DNA from: Thalia democratica | Taxonomy: Eukaryota | Assembly: GCA_965202585.1 (NCBI GenBank) | Contig: OZ241829.1 | Location: 9,796,001-9,860,000 of the forward strand | DNA length: 64,000 nt | Direction of reading: 5' to 3' | Shown here: positions 21,803 through 36,000 of the stretch, piece after piece | Position numbering within the stretch: the stretch's first letter is position 1 | Layout of the letters: the number at the start of each line of letters is the position of its first letter | Notes under the pieces: model-generated | The model's database searches: none | What the model was told of the DNA's origin: nothing | The model's input: only the letters and a program-made list of their open reading frames with translations | Translations under genes and position numbers: made by a program

Positions 21803-24800
21803 TTTATTTTTAGTTCTGTGTTTCTTTGCTAAATGAATGCAAACATAACACTGTTCAACAATTTTAACATGTTATACATACGTCATAATCGAGTTTTGCA
21901 AAACTGCTGAAATTTTGTTTTTGTGCATTTGCATATACTTTTTAAAACTTAAAATATTATATATTCCGTTTTATTGTTTGTAAACTTTTTTATGTAAACA
22001 GTAGTTTAATGTCAGAAATAATGTTTATAAATTCTCAATGATTAGAATGAATAAGTTGCACTGATTCTCATTAAACATAAGATCTTTGTTCATTGTTTTT
22101 TTAAGCATAAATTGAAATGAATTATATATACTTACGCATATAGTTTTCAAGTATAAAAAATAGTTCAAGTATATTATTAATAAAATCAAATCATAAAATT
22201 TATTAATTATAAGCTTATAAATTTTAAAATGGTTTTAGCTCTCGTTAATAAAAGTGAATAAAAGATGTAAGTAATGTCAACTTCTAAAAAAATGTTATGC
22301 TCAAATACTACACTTAATTTTTAAATAACTTATAGGATGCTGAAAAATTTTAAATCTACTTTATTTATCGTTAAACTAATTAGTTTTGATATTAGAAATA
22401 TGATTTATAGAAAAATATTCTATTTGAAGCAAGAAAGTTAAGCGAAATAATTAACGTCTGTACGGTACAGATATAACATGCTAGTAAATATAATTACTCT
22501 TTAGAACTTCTTAGCTGAAAGAATATATTTGATGTAAAAACATACTTTCTACTTGATATTTATGAATCCTAATTTAATTTCAGCTAATATAATTTGGTTG
22601 AGAAAGCAAAACATGTATAAATAATATTTTTTAAAAACTTTATCATAGCTCGTAGTTATTCTAAGCTAATAAATCTTTTAACTGTAGGTAAAATTTCCTG
22701 AATACTTATTTTTAGTTTATTTAAATTTAGTATAACCTAAAAAGATAAGGTTTTATAAACGTCTATGCTAAACATTAAAATAAAATGTGTTTTTATTTCA
22801 AAATTATCCGATTTAAAATCTTAATGCTTATATAATACATTTAAATTATTAAAGCTGATTATTTACTTTTATAACTATACGAATATTCAATGCAAAAGTT
22901 TTTATTTTTTCAAATTTTCTTATATAAAAAACTATGTTTGAAATTTTTATTAACAAAAAACAATTTATAATTATAAACGCGATTTTTTCAGGATTTACTT
23001 GATTAAAAACAAAATGTAAACGGTTCAAATTGTGCAAAACTTTTTTGAAAACTCATTAAAAACAGAGTTAAAATAAATAAACTGTAACTAAAAACTTTCA
23101 AACCATAAATCATTAAGAGACAATAAAGAAACATAAATTAAATAATGTTTCTGTAAACATTAACAAACACAAGTTTAAGTTCCTTTTGGACACAAAAAAA
23201 AACTAATAAAAGTGAGTTTTTTGGTCCTATCGTACTCCCAACATTCCTCTTTGATAGTGTCAAAATTCCACCAGACGATAAATGAAACTATGACGTAGAA
23301 ACAGGCAAGGGCTTTATAGGCTGCCCACTTGTCTGGGAAAAATAACTCAAGTTAGTAAAGCTGAGATACGAAAGCTTGATAGTTATATGTTAAAATAATT
23401 TTAATATTCGAGTACAAACCAAATACTGTTGTTATTGTTTTACGTTAAAGTAAAAAACAAAGTATATGTTTGGTCAACTCAATATTATCAAAGTTTTAAA
23501 ATTGTATTTAATACATAGTTATTGTTAATATCGCTGAAAGTCAACTATTCTTATAAAATAAAAACTAGTATTTAAAATGCTACTTTATCAGTTTCAATAT
23601 TAACAATATGAATTAGAATTGATACGGAATAGTTAAAAAAAATTTAGTTCAATATTTTTCAATTAGAAACTGTTAAACATTCAAAATATGTATTTTACCA
23701 TAGAAGGACGCTAGATATCAGAAATCGTATCAAAAATAAGCACTAAATGTATTTTGTCAACATATATCAAGACTTAAATATTGTTTTTTGGTAAACTTTT
23801 AACTTACTTGTGAAACGAACATATTCATGATGTCTTTTCTTTTCAATAGGCATTTTTCTGAAACCGTTCTGAGTATTTAAAAACTGTTTTTATCTAGAAA
23901 ATACATCAATTTATTTTTTATATAGTGGCTAGAGTATTAATTTACGTAGCTTAAATTTCATTCAATCTATCAAAAAAGTATTACAAAACAATATAAATTT
24001 CTTTAAAAGAGTATTTGTTAAAACTAAAACATAATTTAGACCTTATAGAAGTATGATTAATGTGCACTTTATTTCCTAATTCTAAAGTTAGCCTAAGCTT
24101 TAAATGTAATTAACTTTTTATTTTTATTTTTATAAAATTTAAACCTTGCCTATTTCAAAATAAAATTAAAATTACACGTATGCAGTTTTTTAATTTAATT
24201 TATAATTAAGCTATAACAAAACTAACTAGATATTTTAAAAGCGAATAAACACAACTAGTATAAAAATATATAGTAAGCCATTTGATTTTAAAGCTAATCT
24301 CTAAAGGAGGTTGTTTCTGTAGTTTTAAATAAAACGGCTCTACGCGTATACTTATAATAAATTTAAAAGTTTTATATCTTAAAACTAGTTCTAAAAAAGT
24401 TAGAAACTTTGATTATATTATGGAATGAACATATTATCTTACAGCTGAAAATTAAAAGATGCACATACAATACGTTTTCAATACACATAAAAATGAAATA
24501 CATCTTCAAAACTGGTCATAGTTAGCAACAGTTATGATATCTAACTTGTTCAAATTAAGAAAAACTTTTTGCAAATTGTCAATTCAGATTTGAATTTAAT
24601 AATTAGTTCTTTAATTTTTGCTTTAGTTCTCAAACCTAGGTAACATTAAATAAACTAATTAGACCTAATAATTTTGTATTAAAAGTAATAATATAAGCTT
24701 CTTAATTTGTGCAATTTGTAGCTATTGTAACAATTGTGTCATGCCATCAAGGGGCGTTAGAGAGCTACATACAAAAAACTAGATTAAGTATTTATTGTAT

Positions 24801-27800
24801 AGTACAGGCTTATTTTAAAGTTATATAGTTTTAAACTTTAATTAAAACATAAATTTAAGTATTAGTTTGACGCTATTTTTTGTTAACTTAGTATAGTTAA
24901 TATCGCACCAGTAATTCAAGTTGACAAAAAAAAACATTAAACTTTAAATGTTAAACCAAACTATAAAAGTATCCAAAAAATGTTTTTGAAAACACCACAA
25001 AAATAATTTTAGTATTTAAGTCCGGTCTTCTAAACATATTTTATATGTTATCGAATTGTTAAGAATATCTATGAAGTGTTTAATAAGCTGTAACCGGCAT
25101 TGGTTACACGCTATATAAGTAAAGTAAATTAAGTACAATGGCAGTGATAATCGTATTTTTACTTAATTTGATTAGCATCATAAAACAAAATACTATATAT
25201 TTAACAAATACTTAAAACTTACTTGTGTGCATATATTTTAACATTATTTAAATTTGCTTGGCTTTTTACTGACACCTTTGGTATACTAGAAATTAACTTA
25301 GAGCTAAGTTTTAAAAAATAAACTAACTCACTAAACAAACTTAATGAAAACAACATAACTAATGTAAAGTATAAATTTATAAGAACGTTTTTATTTTCAT
25401 TCTAACCTTTATAAAACTATATACTGCTTTAAACTTGCAGAAAACAGAGTTTTATGTTATTCCTATAGTTAAATTAAATAAGTTTTGTAGACGACTGTAT
25501 AGCTAAGAACACGTTGATAAGAGTGAAATTTGTTATGAATATACTTCGAGCAACTTTCAAAAATTTGCTTCAGTTAACAGTAATTAGCGTACCTAAACTT
25601 AACTTGTATAAATTAGTTGCACATATGAAATTAAGCCTGATTCACCTAATTATATTTAATAATGTTTATATCGACTGTTAAAAAAAGTTAAAAATTTAGT
25701 GTTTAAGGCTAATTATAAAATAACGATATTAGAACTAATTAGATACAAAATGCTTATTAACTTAAATTTCAATGTATGTGGCTTATTTAAGTTAAATTAG
25801 AACCAATTTATGAGTAAAAGCTTTTACTTTCATTCGAAGTTAGTAAATACGTGTTTTATTAAACCTAATTAGAATGTATTTACACAAGTTTTCTAAAAAT
25901 ATTAGTCAAGTTATAAATTGTCAAAGAATATAGCGGTAGAGAGTCGAAATTTAGAAACTCAAATTTCAAATTGTACAGTTTTAAATTAAATTCAACTTAA
26001 GGCTTTATAAGTTAAAAGTTTTGGGAATACTTAAAACATTTAAGTAATCTGAAACATAGAAGATACCACAAACTAATATAGTATTTCAGAACTACAATTA
26101 AATTAAAGCATAAGCTTTATTTTTTAAAAAGTAATTAAACAAAACGAAAAACTTTAAATATTTTTTCAGTATATAACAGCTTTTAAAGTAAACTATAAGA
26201 GATACATACATATACTTTTATTTGAAAACCAGTTAATTTATTATTCCTAATATAATTGGACAAACAAAGTATTTTTTTGTAAGTTACAGTTAAAAAACTA
26301 TCTTAACTCTTATATGCGGAAATATCAATTTATTTTGTATAATTTTGCGCATTATTAAAAACTGAAACCAATTGCACAATTAAAGATTAAAAGGAAATTA
26401 GTTTATATAAAACTACTTTTTTAAATGGGTAAATAGAATCTTTAATGCTTAAAGTGACCAAACCAAAGTTGTAAAAGTTAAGTTAGTTTCTTGATACTTT
26501 TTTAGTTTTTGAAAATGAATTCAATTAACGAAAAAGAAACATTATAGTGTAAATACATAAAAAAAACAAATACAAGTTTTACTAGTTCGGTTTTTTATAG
26601 TGGTACCTTGTATTTCAATGGTTCATAAAACTTCTAAATTGTTTTGTAACAGTTGATAACTTATAAAGGTATAAAAAAATCGTAAAGCAACAATAAAAAA
26701 ACATGATACATACCTAATAAACAAAATCAAAAAAGCGAATTGCTGCTAGTTATATTCTAGAAGGTACAAAATATATAATTTTCAAAAGTAATTCTTAAGG
26801 AAAAGTTAAATGTTTACGTTCTTTAAGCTATATAAATTGTATAAAGTTTAACATTATTGATAGAATTTATTGAACTTTTTTTTACTTCAGCGTAGTCAAA
26901 GCATAAACGTATTAAAGACTTGAATGATATTGTAAAAAAAACCAAGTTAAACAAATTCTGAGATTTATAGATCAAAAAATTGTCGTTACTGTACAGGTAC
27001 TTTTAGTTTAAACAACTTGTAAATAAAATGTTTAAAACAAAGTTAATTTTAAAATTTCAATTTAAAATAAAACAACACGGTAGAAATTTGATAACCAGCA
27101 GTAATAAATATCATACAAAACAATTTACTTCGGTTCAGGGGTCATTATCGTATTGTGACCTTATTTCGGTGGAAAAAGAACGACCCGCTAATCAGAAATC
27201 TTCTGACTGTGATATTTTGTTCAGCTTGATAAAACCTGCCAAAACATTTAAAGTTAATATTTAAAGTTATTTTAAGTTTAATTCTCAGTAGAAAGTAGTT
27301 TTTGATACTTGACTATTTTCTTCAAATTTTTGTTTAGAAAAGTGTTTTAATTATGTTGTACAATTTTATACAATTACGGTGTTTAGAGAAGAGGTTTATA
27401 AATTCACCAAAGTATTAGCATCCTACAACTTTTATAATAACCGGTGCGGAGTAATCTCTGTTAATATTATAAGTATTTGTTTTACTTAATTATTACACCT
27501 TTTTTATGTTTTGGTATGAACTAGTAAATAAAATAAAAAGTAATTTATATGGTCTCTACCCTCTATGACGTCATCACGCTTCGTCCTAATAAATTTTAAA
27601 AGTTCTCAATGATACATATAAAATGTTTACACGCGTTTTTGTTTTTCTTGCTAAATAAAAATTTTACCAATTAAATTTGCGACCCAGTTGACTGTTTATG
27701 TTTACGGTACAATTTATCGAACTAGTATATTAAAGAAAATGAATTTTTTACACCCTACGGTTGTTTTATAACTCTTTTTAACTCTAATTATTAGTGATAC

Positions 27801-28095
27801 AATCTAGTGTAAAACATATTTAAAATTAATCTATTTTAAAATATTACGCACAAATCATGAAATCTTAAAGTTACAAAAATATTTCGACCAAGTTGATTTA
27901 TTTTGTATTATGACGTAATAATTGGGTGCGTGCTACACGCACAGAACAAAATATTAAAAGTTTGTATAACAGAATACATTTTACTTAAACTAAGTGTATT
28001 CATAATAATTTGAAAAACGTCTCTACAAACCGGTAACATTACAAACTTTCTATTTTTATTTGACCCTACAGAACATAGTTATAACTGATAAAAGT

Positions 28096-28335
28096 ATGTA
28101 GTTAAAAAAAAACCAAACTAACTTATTGAACATAAAAGGTTCAACGCTCCATATACGCCGCAAACTTTTACATGAGCACCGACTTGATTCCAAAACTGGT
28201 CCAATTATGAATGTCTTTACCTATTCCGTTATAGAGCGCCGATTGTTGCTTGAAAAACCGCCGCCTTTTTATTATCAACCTTCTATTAGTGAGTGTACTT
28301 GTCCATTCTTTGTTTATTTCATATTGAATATCTGA
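28096..28335 (+). pseudogene. Possible disabled orphan gene (ATG immediately followed by TAG, in frame with a 69-codon ORF)
   Basis: GC-richer island; ATG at 28096, TAG at 28099, then open to 28335; acceptor-like ccctacag 24 nt upstream. Confidence 0.25.
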
Positions 28336-31300
28336 TCAAAATTTAGTTATATAAAATTTTAATAAGTAAAATTTCAAACAAATGCATTGTTTATTACAGT
28401 GGACTTTTATAATTCGCTGTCCAATTTTGTTTTTTAAATTGCTCGCGGGCTGTCCTATATAGAAAAAATATTTTGCGGGCCGTAGTAATTTTACATAATT
28501 GTATAAATTGTTAAAACAATACTATCTCAAACAACAAGTTTGATAAAACAATCATTCATAAAGCACTGTGAGTGGCTAATAGTCAAATTAAGAACCTAAC
28601 TTTAAGTTTCTGTTACCAATACTTTTATTTTATAGTTTTGAAAAGGAAATTTTAGCTGAAAAACACTATAAGGGTTGCATATTTATGCTTTTAGGGCTGA
28701 AATTTGCTGACCAATGGTTTTTTTGAAACTTTAAACAAAATAATTAAGAATAACTAAAAATTACCCATTACTTTTTTATTCATACTGTGTACGGAGCTTA
28801 AAACTTACAGTATTTTTAGAACACTTGTAAGTAAAAGTTCATATTGTTTGTTTTGCACAAAATGTTTGCAACCTCAAAAAACTACCCCTCCCACCTTTAA
28901 GTTAAATTGAACATAGCTATACAATTTGTTACATATAAGTTAAAACAATTAAAATAAAATTTATAATGTTTTTAGAAATAAGTATTGCGAATTTAGTTGA
29001 AATAAATTAATACCTTGAGAAACTATCAAAAAAAAGTTTCATAAAAACATAATAAACAATTATTATAAGGAAGTATTGAAGTTAAATCTATTAAGTGTAT
29101 AACTAATTAGTACTAATTTTGTACACTGGTTTAAACATTATTAAGCATGAGGAAACGTTTAAGCTCTTTAAGTAAATTTGGAAAACAAAACTTTTATTTT
29201 ATATAACTTTTTAATAAGTTCCATTTTAAAAACAGAGCTATTTTCTAGAGAAGAAAACTTAACTATGCCATTCAATTGTTTAACTTTCATTAAATATATT
29301 AACTTCAGACGTAATAGTTTTAACGCAGTGTCTCATTATTCAAAAAAAAAAGCTATTTAGTTTTATAAACTTCTTTTTTAAGTGTTTTCAATTAAAAATA
29401 ACAGTTGAACTTTTATTAATTGACTGCAACTATTTTTAAAAAGTAAAACCTGCTGTAATAATAAATAAACCAAGCTTAAAACTCTATAAATTAAATTTAA
29501 AGATTTAAGAAAATCAATACTTGCTACAAGTATTATTAATTATGTTAAAAATTTAGTGAAGCCACTAATTTTTCTTTATTTATGCAAATTTATAGTATCA
29601 CACCAAAACTACTTTTGTAATAGACTATGTCTGATTTATTGGGTAGTAGTTTTTATAAATTTCCATATTTCTACATATTAAAAAAAAAAAACTTTTTGGT
29701 AAAAAATGTTACTTCACAAAGTTTTAATAAATTCTAGTTAAAAATAATATTTTTTTTTAATTATTAAAATTTAATTTCATTGTAAATAATAGAAAAAAAC
29801 TAGTATGTTCCTAGTATAAAAACTAGTATATATAAACTTTTTAAGTAGTAATTCTTATATAAGTAAAAACTTAAAAAAGTTTATATAAAGAAAAGCTGTT
29901 AATGTGCATAGATTTTATTTAAAAATATTGCAAAAAATTTGATATTCAAAGTTTTCTTGTGTAAACTTAAAGTTTAAAAATATTTTATTTTATTTGTATT
30001 GATTTTTATTTATGTTTGACCATGTTTTATCTAAAATAGTTTTGTTCATAAACAAGCATGCATAAAATCAAAAATATTAACTTTAAACGAAAACATTTAC
30101 TTTTTAAATTAAAATTAAAAACTATTTTCAGAATTTAGATTGGAATACCTTCAAAATAAATATAAATTACTCACAGTTTTTGTAACAACCATTTAAATCC
30201 CTCCCTTTTTGATACAAAGTTGAGGAAAAAAAAAAACTCCGAACAAGAAAGATGACAGCAAGCTAACTATCTGTTCAAAATTTTATTCTCCTAAAGCCAA
30301 AAAAATTGAGTTAACTTTTATAATCAAAAACAAAAAATCTAAAAAATAATAGAATATGAGTTTAAAACGTTAGAATTTTTACTTGTTTCTACTTAAGCCC
30401 TAAGTTGATGATTAAAGTTCTAAAATATTTTTTATTTTATTTTGATCTTTAAAAATATTTGTGAAACTTTTAACTTTTATAAGTAAATAAAAATGTATTA
30501 AATAAATCTTAGAATAAAAAGGTTGTTTTGATATCAAGTTGTTTAACAGACTTTTCTCTAATATTTATTTTTATTTAGTTTTCAAGGTAGGATTTTAAAA
30601 ATCTATTAAAGTACTTTTCTGTAGGATATAGACTAAGCATGCTGTTTTAATTATCTTTTAAATAACATATATAGATGTTTATTACCAACAAAAGTCAAAT
30701 AAGCTTCACCTAAAATATAATTAGAAAACTACCAAAATTTTGTTTTATAAACTTGTAGAGTTTTATAATTTCATATATTGAATAAAATTTATAATAATTT
30801 TTTTTTTCATTTAATATTTACCTAACTAAACAGTATAATGTAAAATTTGCTTATAAAAAAACTATTCTAACGTACTTTATGTAGTTCAACCGCAACTCTT
30901 TCAACCAAATACAGTTCAGTTTTTACTTCTTATTGATCTAGAACTTAAGTACTGCAACACCTCCCACAGCAGACGATAAACAACAATGAAACACTTTAAT
31001 CTGTTTATAAATAGACTTGTTTTGTATTGATTTTACAAACAACTTAAAAATTAAAAAAAAATTGTTTTTTAATTTGATACGGAAAACATCCATCTACTTG
31101 TTTAAACTCAGTTTTTTTTTTACAAAAAGTATGAGATTATGAAATAAAGTTTAAAATTAAAAAAAAAAGTTTTCTTATAAACCAAAAAGTAGATAAAGTC
31201 ATTTAATAAGTTAGTAGTTTACTTTACAAGAAAACCGTTTCTAAGCAGGAATACTGTATACAGCTTAACCAATTTTAATAAAATAAATTGGAAACACTTT

Positions 31301-32431
31301 ACAAACCTTATGTTACGCTTGAATGGTATTGAGACCTCCTTTGAAATAATAAAAATTTTTTTTTATCAAATTTGGTTTTGGTGTCCTATTTCTGTTATTT
31401 CTTCCACAATTTGAATTGTTTTCAGCTTTTTATTTTAAAAATCCTATTTTAAAAAATCTGAAAAAACAAAAAACATCAAAAGTACAACTATAACTATATA
31501 AAATACTTAAATTATACTAATTATAATACTTTATTTAAAGTTTTAAAAGTGGTTGAAGTAGTTATAGGAAAAAAATTTATATGCTGTTATTTAAAATCTT
31601 GTTTACTACTACAAAACTTTAACTAGAACTTTATTTTCATTGTCGTGGACTTATACAATAGAAATTTGTAATATAAAAGTTAAAGCTTACACAATTAGAA
31701 CACAATAAGAACAACTAAAAATAGCAATTATAGTCTACATTAGTACATTTGCAATTAATACTTAGTATTAAAAAAAAACACTAATACTAAGACAATGTAC
31801 TGGTTTAACATGATTTATAAACAAGAGTGGAATATATAGTTCAGAATGTCAATGTATAAACGTAACTACTGCAATATAATTAATGTTATAGTTATATAAA
31901 AAATTGGCAAAATATAACTTGTTTGAAACTAGTAAAAAAAATAATAAGAAAGTATTGCAACAAATTATTTTGAATAGATAAGTTTACCTCTAAAAATTTT
32001 GTTATATCAAGAAGTTTTGTACAAAACGTTAAAGAAAACTAAAAGCAGATTAAATTTTCATAGTTGATGATAGAAAAGTTGATTTTCATACCAAAAGTTT
32101 AATTTAAAAATTATCAAGTTAAAATTGTTACTATTATAAAAAAAATTTTTAAAGTTGTTAATTTATAAAGCCAAAATAACACCAATCGTTTTGAAACAAC
32201 AGCAACATCAACTACTGAATTGGATATAGGCAGAATAAAAAAATAAGGTAAGTTAAAAAACCAATGTTTAGATTGTAAAAACTTTTAATGTGATACAAAG
32301 TAAAATTTCAAAAAAAAAAAAAGGTGTACCTTAATGTTCATTATCTTAACTGCTTAAAGTATAGAAATACTCACAAATGTTACCATTAATTAATAGTATT
32401 AAATGTTCCACATGGAAGATATAAACTCTAT

Positions 32432-33085
32432 TTAGACCGAAATGGTGTTTGCACCTAGTTCAACACTACTTGACTGGGCCACATCACCGCTACCACTGAC
32501 GTCTGCCCCATCACCTTCAGATCTTTCACAAGTTAGCTCACTGATACAATACAGTCCATTTTTGCCATAAATTGCTTCAACCATGCTAGTCCTGTACTTG
32601 GCGCGCGGTGGCTTGAGTGGTGCCACCTCTAGCTTCTCTTTAGGCATGCGCCTCGGAGAGCCCCGGCTCGGTCCTGCCTGACTCAGCACATCAAGAGCAA
32701 TTTGAGCTGACTTTCTGGGGGCTTCGTTGAGATCTTCAAGCTTAACACACTCAGCTTTCAAGAACTTCCTTTTCTTCAAACGTAGCTCTGTGGATATTGA
32801 CTCGGGTCGGCTCTTGCTCAACTCAGCTAGCTGGCGCCGTTGACTGACCACGTCCTCGTTAGATTGCAATTGACTTGCTTGCAAATCTTTGACATTTTTC
32901 TTTGAGCGTAGCAATACAATCTGGAAGGTGCAGACATCATCAGCAACTTCTTCGCCAACCACTTCCTTCCTGCCGCAGATTGAAAACAGTTTTCTGATTC
33001 CGTCCCAACACGCAACAGCCCTGGCCCTGAGCCGCTGGCCTGACGTTACAGCAATTTCAGCACCTCTGTAAATTGGGGTTGACAT
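32432..33085 (-). CDS. Intronless orphan ORF, 217 aa
   Basis: 654-nt ATG-started ORF coinciding with a sharply bounded GC-rich island, improbable by chance in this AT-rich background; actaatgtaacag acceptor 22 nt upstream. No recognisable domain. Confidence 0.65.
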   Translation of the reverse strand: MSTPIYRGAEIAVTSGQRLRARAVACWDGIRKLFSICGRKEVVGEEVADDVCTFQIVLLRSKKNVKDLQASQLQSNEDVVSQRRQLAELSKSRPESISTELRLKKRKFLKAECVKLEDLNEAPRKSAQIALDVLSQAGPSRGSPRRMPKEKLEVAPLKPPRAKYRTSMVEAIYGKNGLYCISELTCERSEGDGADVSGSGDVAQSSSVELGANTISV

Positions 33086-36000
33086 TGTGATACTTTTAAA
33101 ATAATATCTGTTACATTAGTTATTGTTTGATGTATGTGCATGTTTGTTCTAAACATGAGTAAAAGTTTGTATAAGTTTTTTTTGTTTTAAATTTTTCAGT
33201 GTTTTTTTAAGTTGTTTAAACACTAATAGTTTTTGAATGCAATTTAATACCGAGCTAAATTGTTCAAAAACATTTTTACAAAGCAAATTAAGAACAAAAT
33301 CTAGCTAGACAAAAAATATTAAATTATAACTAATGGCATAAAAAAGTATCGAGGTGATACTTTAACCATTTTTCTCTATCTCTTTTTATCTCTAAGTTTG
33401 AGATATAAATAAAATTGAAACCTAATTAGGTTCAAACTTGATAGTTTAGCAGTAAAAGTCTTACTTTCATTTTACTGTCATCTTTTAATGTCTTACCCAA
33501 AATGCAATAATTCATTAAAAAAATTTAATTTTTAAAATAAACTAAATTTATTTTCATTTTGGCTATTTTAGAAAAAAAAACACTGTTTAATTTTGTTGTT
33601 CGAAAAACTCAAACCACTGTTTTCCCTTTAGTTTTTTTTGTTTAAGTGAAGTTGTAATTATATGAACACAGTTAAAACATTTAAAACATCCTTTTCTATC
33701 TTTTAATGTTTAAAAGCATTGACTGGGTTAAATTGACTTGAGAACAATTTTCTTCAAAATACAACTTCCTAAGCAACTGTTTTATAATTACCAAGTTTTG
33801 CTTAGTGAATAATAAACATTTTTCTAAACTGGGTTTAATGCACTCAAGATTGTATTTAGTATTACATTTTTATGGCAAAGCTCTCGTTGTTAAACCTGTT
33901 CTTTTGTATTTCTGTATTTGTTATAAAACAATAACAATGTGCCACATAGTTATTTTACAAAAGAATTTTATAAACTTTTGTTTATGTTTACATGATTATG
34001 AAATACTCAACAAAGTAAGTCCTTTTTTTAGATAAAGAATGTGATAAGTTAAACTAAAACCTAGTCTCCCCCTTAGTTACACAACTACCGTTCTTTTGGA
34101 TGAAAATGATGTTTCGATCAAAATTAGTACATATATAAATTCAAATCATAAAAAGTGTCCTATATTATAAAGTAAGTATTCTCTTATACTAAATGTTTAA
34201 ATGTAATTTTATTTTACAGGTTGGCTCTACAAAATAAGATCTACAAAAACAATGAACGGCTAACAAATATTTTAAAACTGCTTTTTTTTTACAAAATTTA
34301 ATAAAAAAAACTGTATGTAACTTATATTAATATTAATTACAAGTTTTTTGTGTAGTTTTTTATTTTAAGTATTCATTTAAACACACTTTGTTACAACTAC
34401 CATAAAATCTCAACTCAAAAACACATATAATAAGCACTATTTACAGATTTCTGTAACAAAAACTGTTTTGACTGGTGTAACAAAACACTGACTGCAATAT
34501 ACAATAAATTTTCTGGTTCTTTAAAACTTTTAAAGGCAAAAAACCATACATTTTATATTTCTGATTAAACACATGTAATTTTCAACTTTGCTAGCTTCTC
34601 AACTTGAATAGCATTGTTATGATTTTAGATGGTTTCAAAATTGCTAGCCTCGATTTTGGATTTTTCGTTTCAGTACGCCGCTCTATTTCGACGCTGAAAA
34701 TTACCAGAGGTGCGTTTTTAGAAACAAAAAGTTAAAGTTTTAGATGTTGGAAGTAGAAATAGATTTAGCTGTATGGAACTTTTATAAATGTTTTAATGAA
34801 AGTCGGAAATCAATTTGTTTAGACTTGCTACCAGTAAAATCGTTTAAAGCTGATTCAATTAAATAACCAAAGATTAAACTTTTTTTCAATACTTCTGATA
34901 AATTTTGTTTTAGCTAAGAATATATTAAAAACAATCACTTCAAAAGATTTTTTTTTTAATGTTTTTTGTACATGGTAGGAAAAAAAACAAGTCATTTAAA
35001 CTAGTATGTTAATTTATAGCCTTGTTTAATTGTTATATATTTAACCTATAAATTACTAAAAATAAAACTAACTTAACTGTATTACGGCTTTAGCTTTGAA
35101 CAATAAAAATGAAATGCAAATAAAAACGAAAATAAATCTTATAACAGATCTATAAGCTTCATAATCTAACAAATAAGCTCGTCTCATATACAAAAATTAA
35201 ATATTTAAAAACAGTAAATCTGCAACGTGAAATCTCCGACTAAATAGATTTAGAAAGCATTTTTGACTTAAATAAAGTTTAAAGAAAAAAAAGTCATAAT
35301 AAAAGAAAATCACGAGTTCTTATGAAAAATACAGAATGCCAGTGGCAACCATGTATAGTGTTTGTTCTTTATTGCGTCATAATGAAGGTTGAAGAAAAAG
35401 ATGCTGAATATCAGTGAAAAGTTTGATATAAAAATTGATTTAGATTGCTTTACTTAAAAACAAAATGTAACCGAGTTAACTTTGAATTTTTTAAACAATT
35501 TAAGTTCGAAAATTATTTTATTTGGTTAACATAAAGATGATTTGGCGTATCAATAATTTAATAATTTTAAACTTTCCACTTTCAAACAGTTATTTGTAGT
35601 TTTGGTAAAAAGCAAGTGTCCGATTTCAATTATAAATAATAATGAAAAATGTCTTTCAAATAAAAGCGTTGAGTGTTTTATCAATTATTTTACTTTTTTC
35701 TAAACACTTTAAAAAAAGCTGCAGATTTTACGGTAGTAAATTTAAATTTCTGTAAGCTTAAAAAAAAATCGATAAAATGTAGAAATATGTACAATGCAGT
35801 TATTTGTAAAAATTACTTTGTTGAACTTTTTGTAAAACATAGCGAACATTAGCTTTGGTGATTTTATATTTTTAATTTGCTCTTTCTGACTACAATTTAT
35901 GTTTTGTGTAAAAAAATAAAGTTTTAGTAGGCTTAAAATTTTACTTTTATTATACTTTCCTACACAAACGAATTTTTAAAGATGACAATAGTAGCCGTAA

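Noticed and set aside
21497-21832. 111-aa plus-strand ORF opposite the basic orphan
   Set aside because: Non-ATG start and no supporting signals; likely the antisense shadow, although strand choice is not proven.
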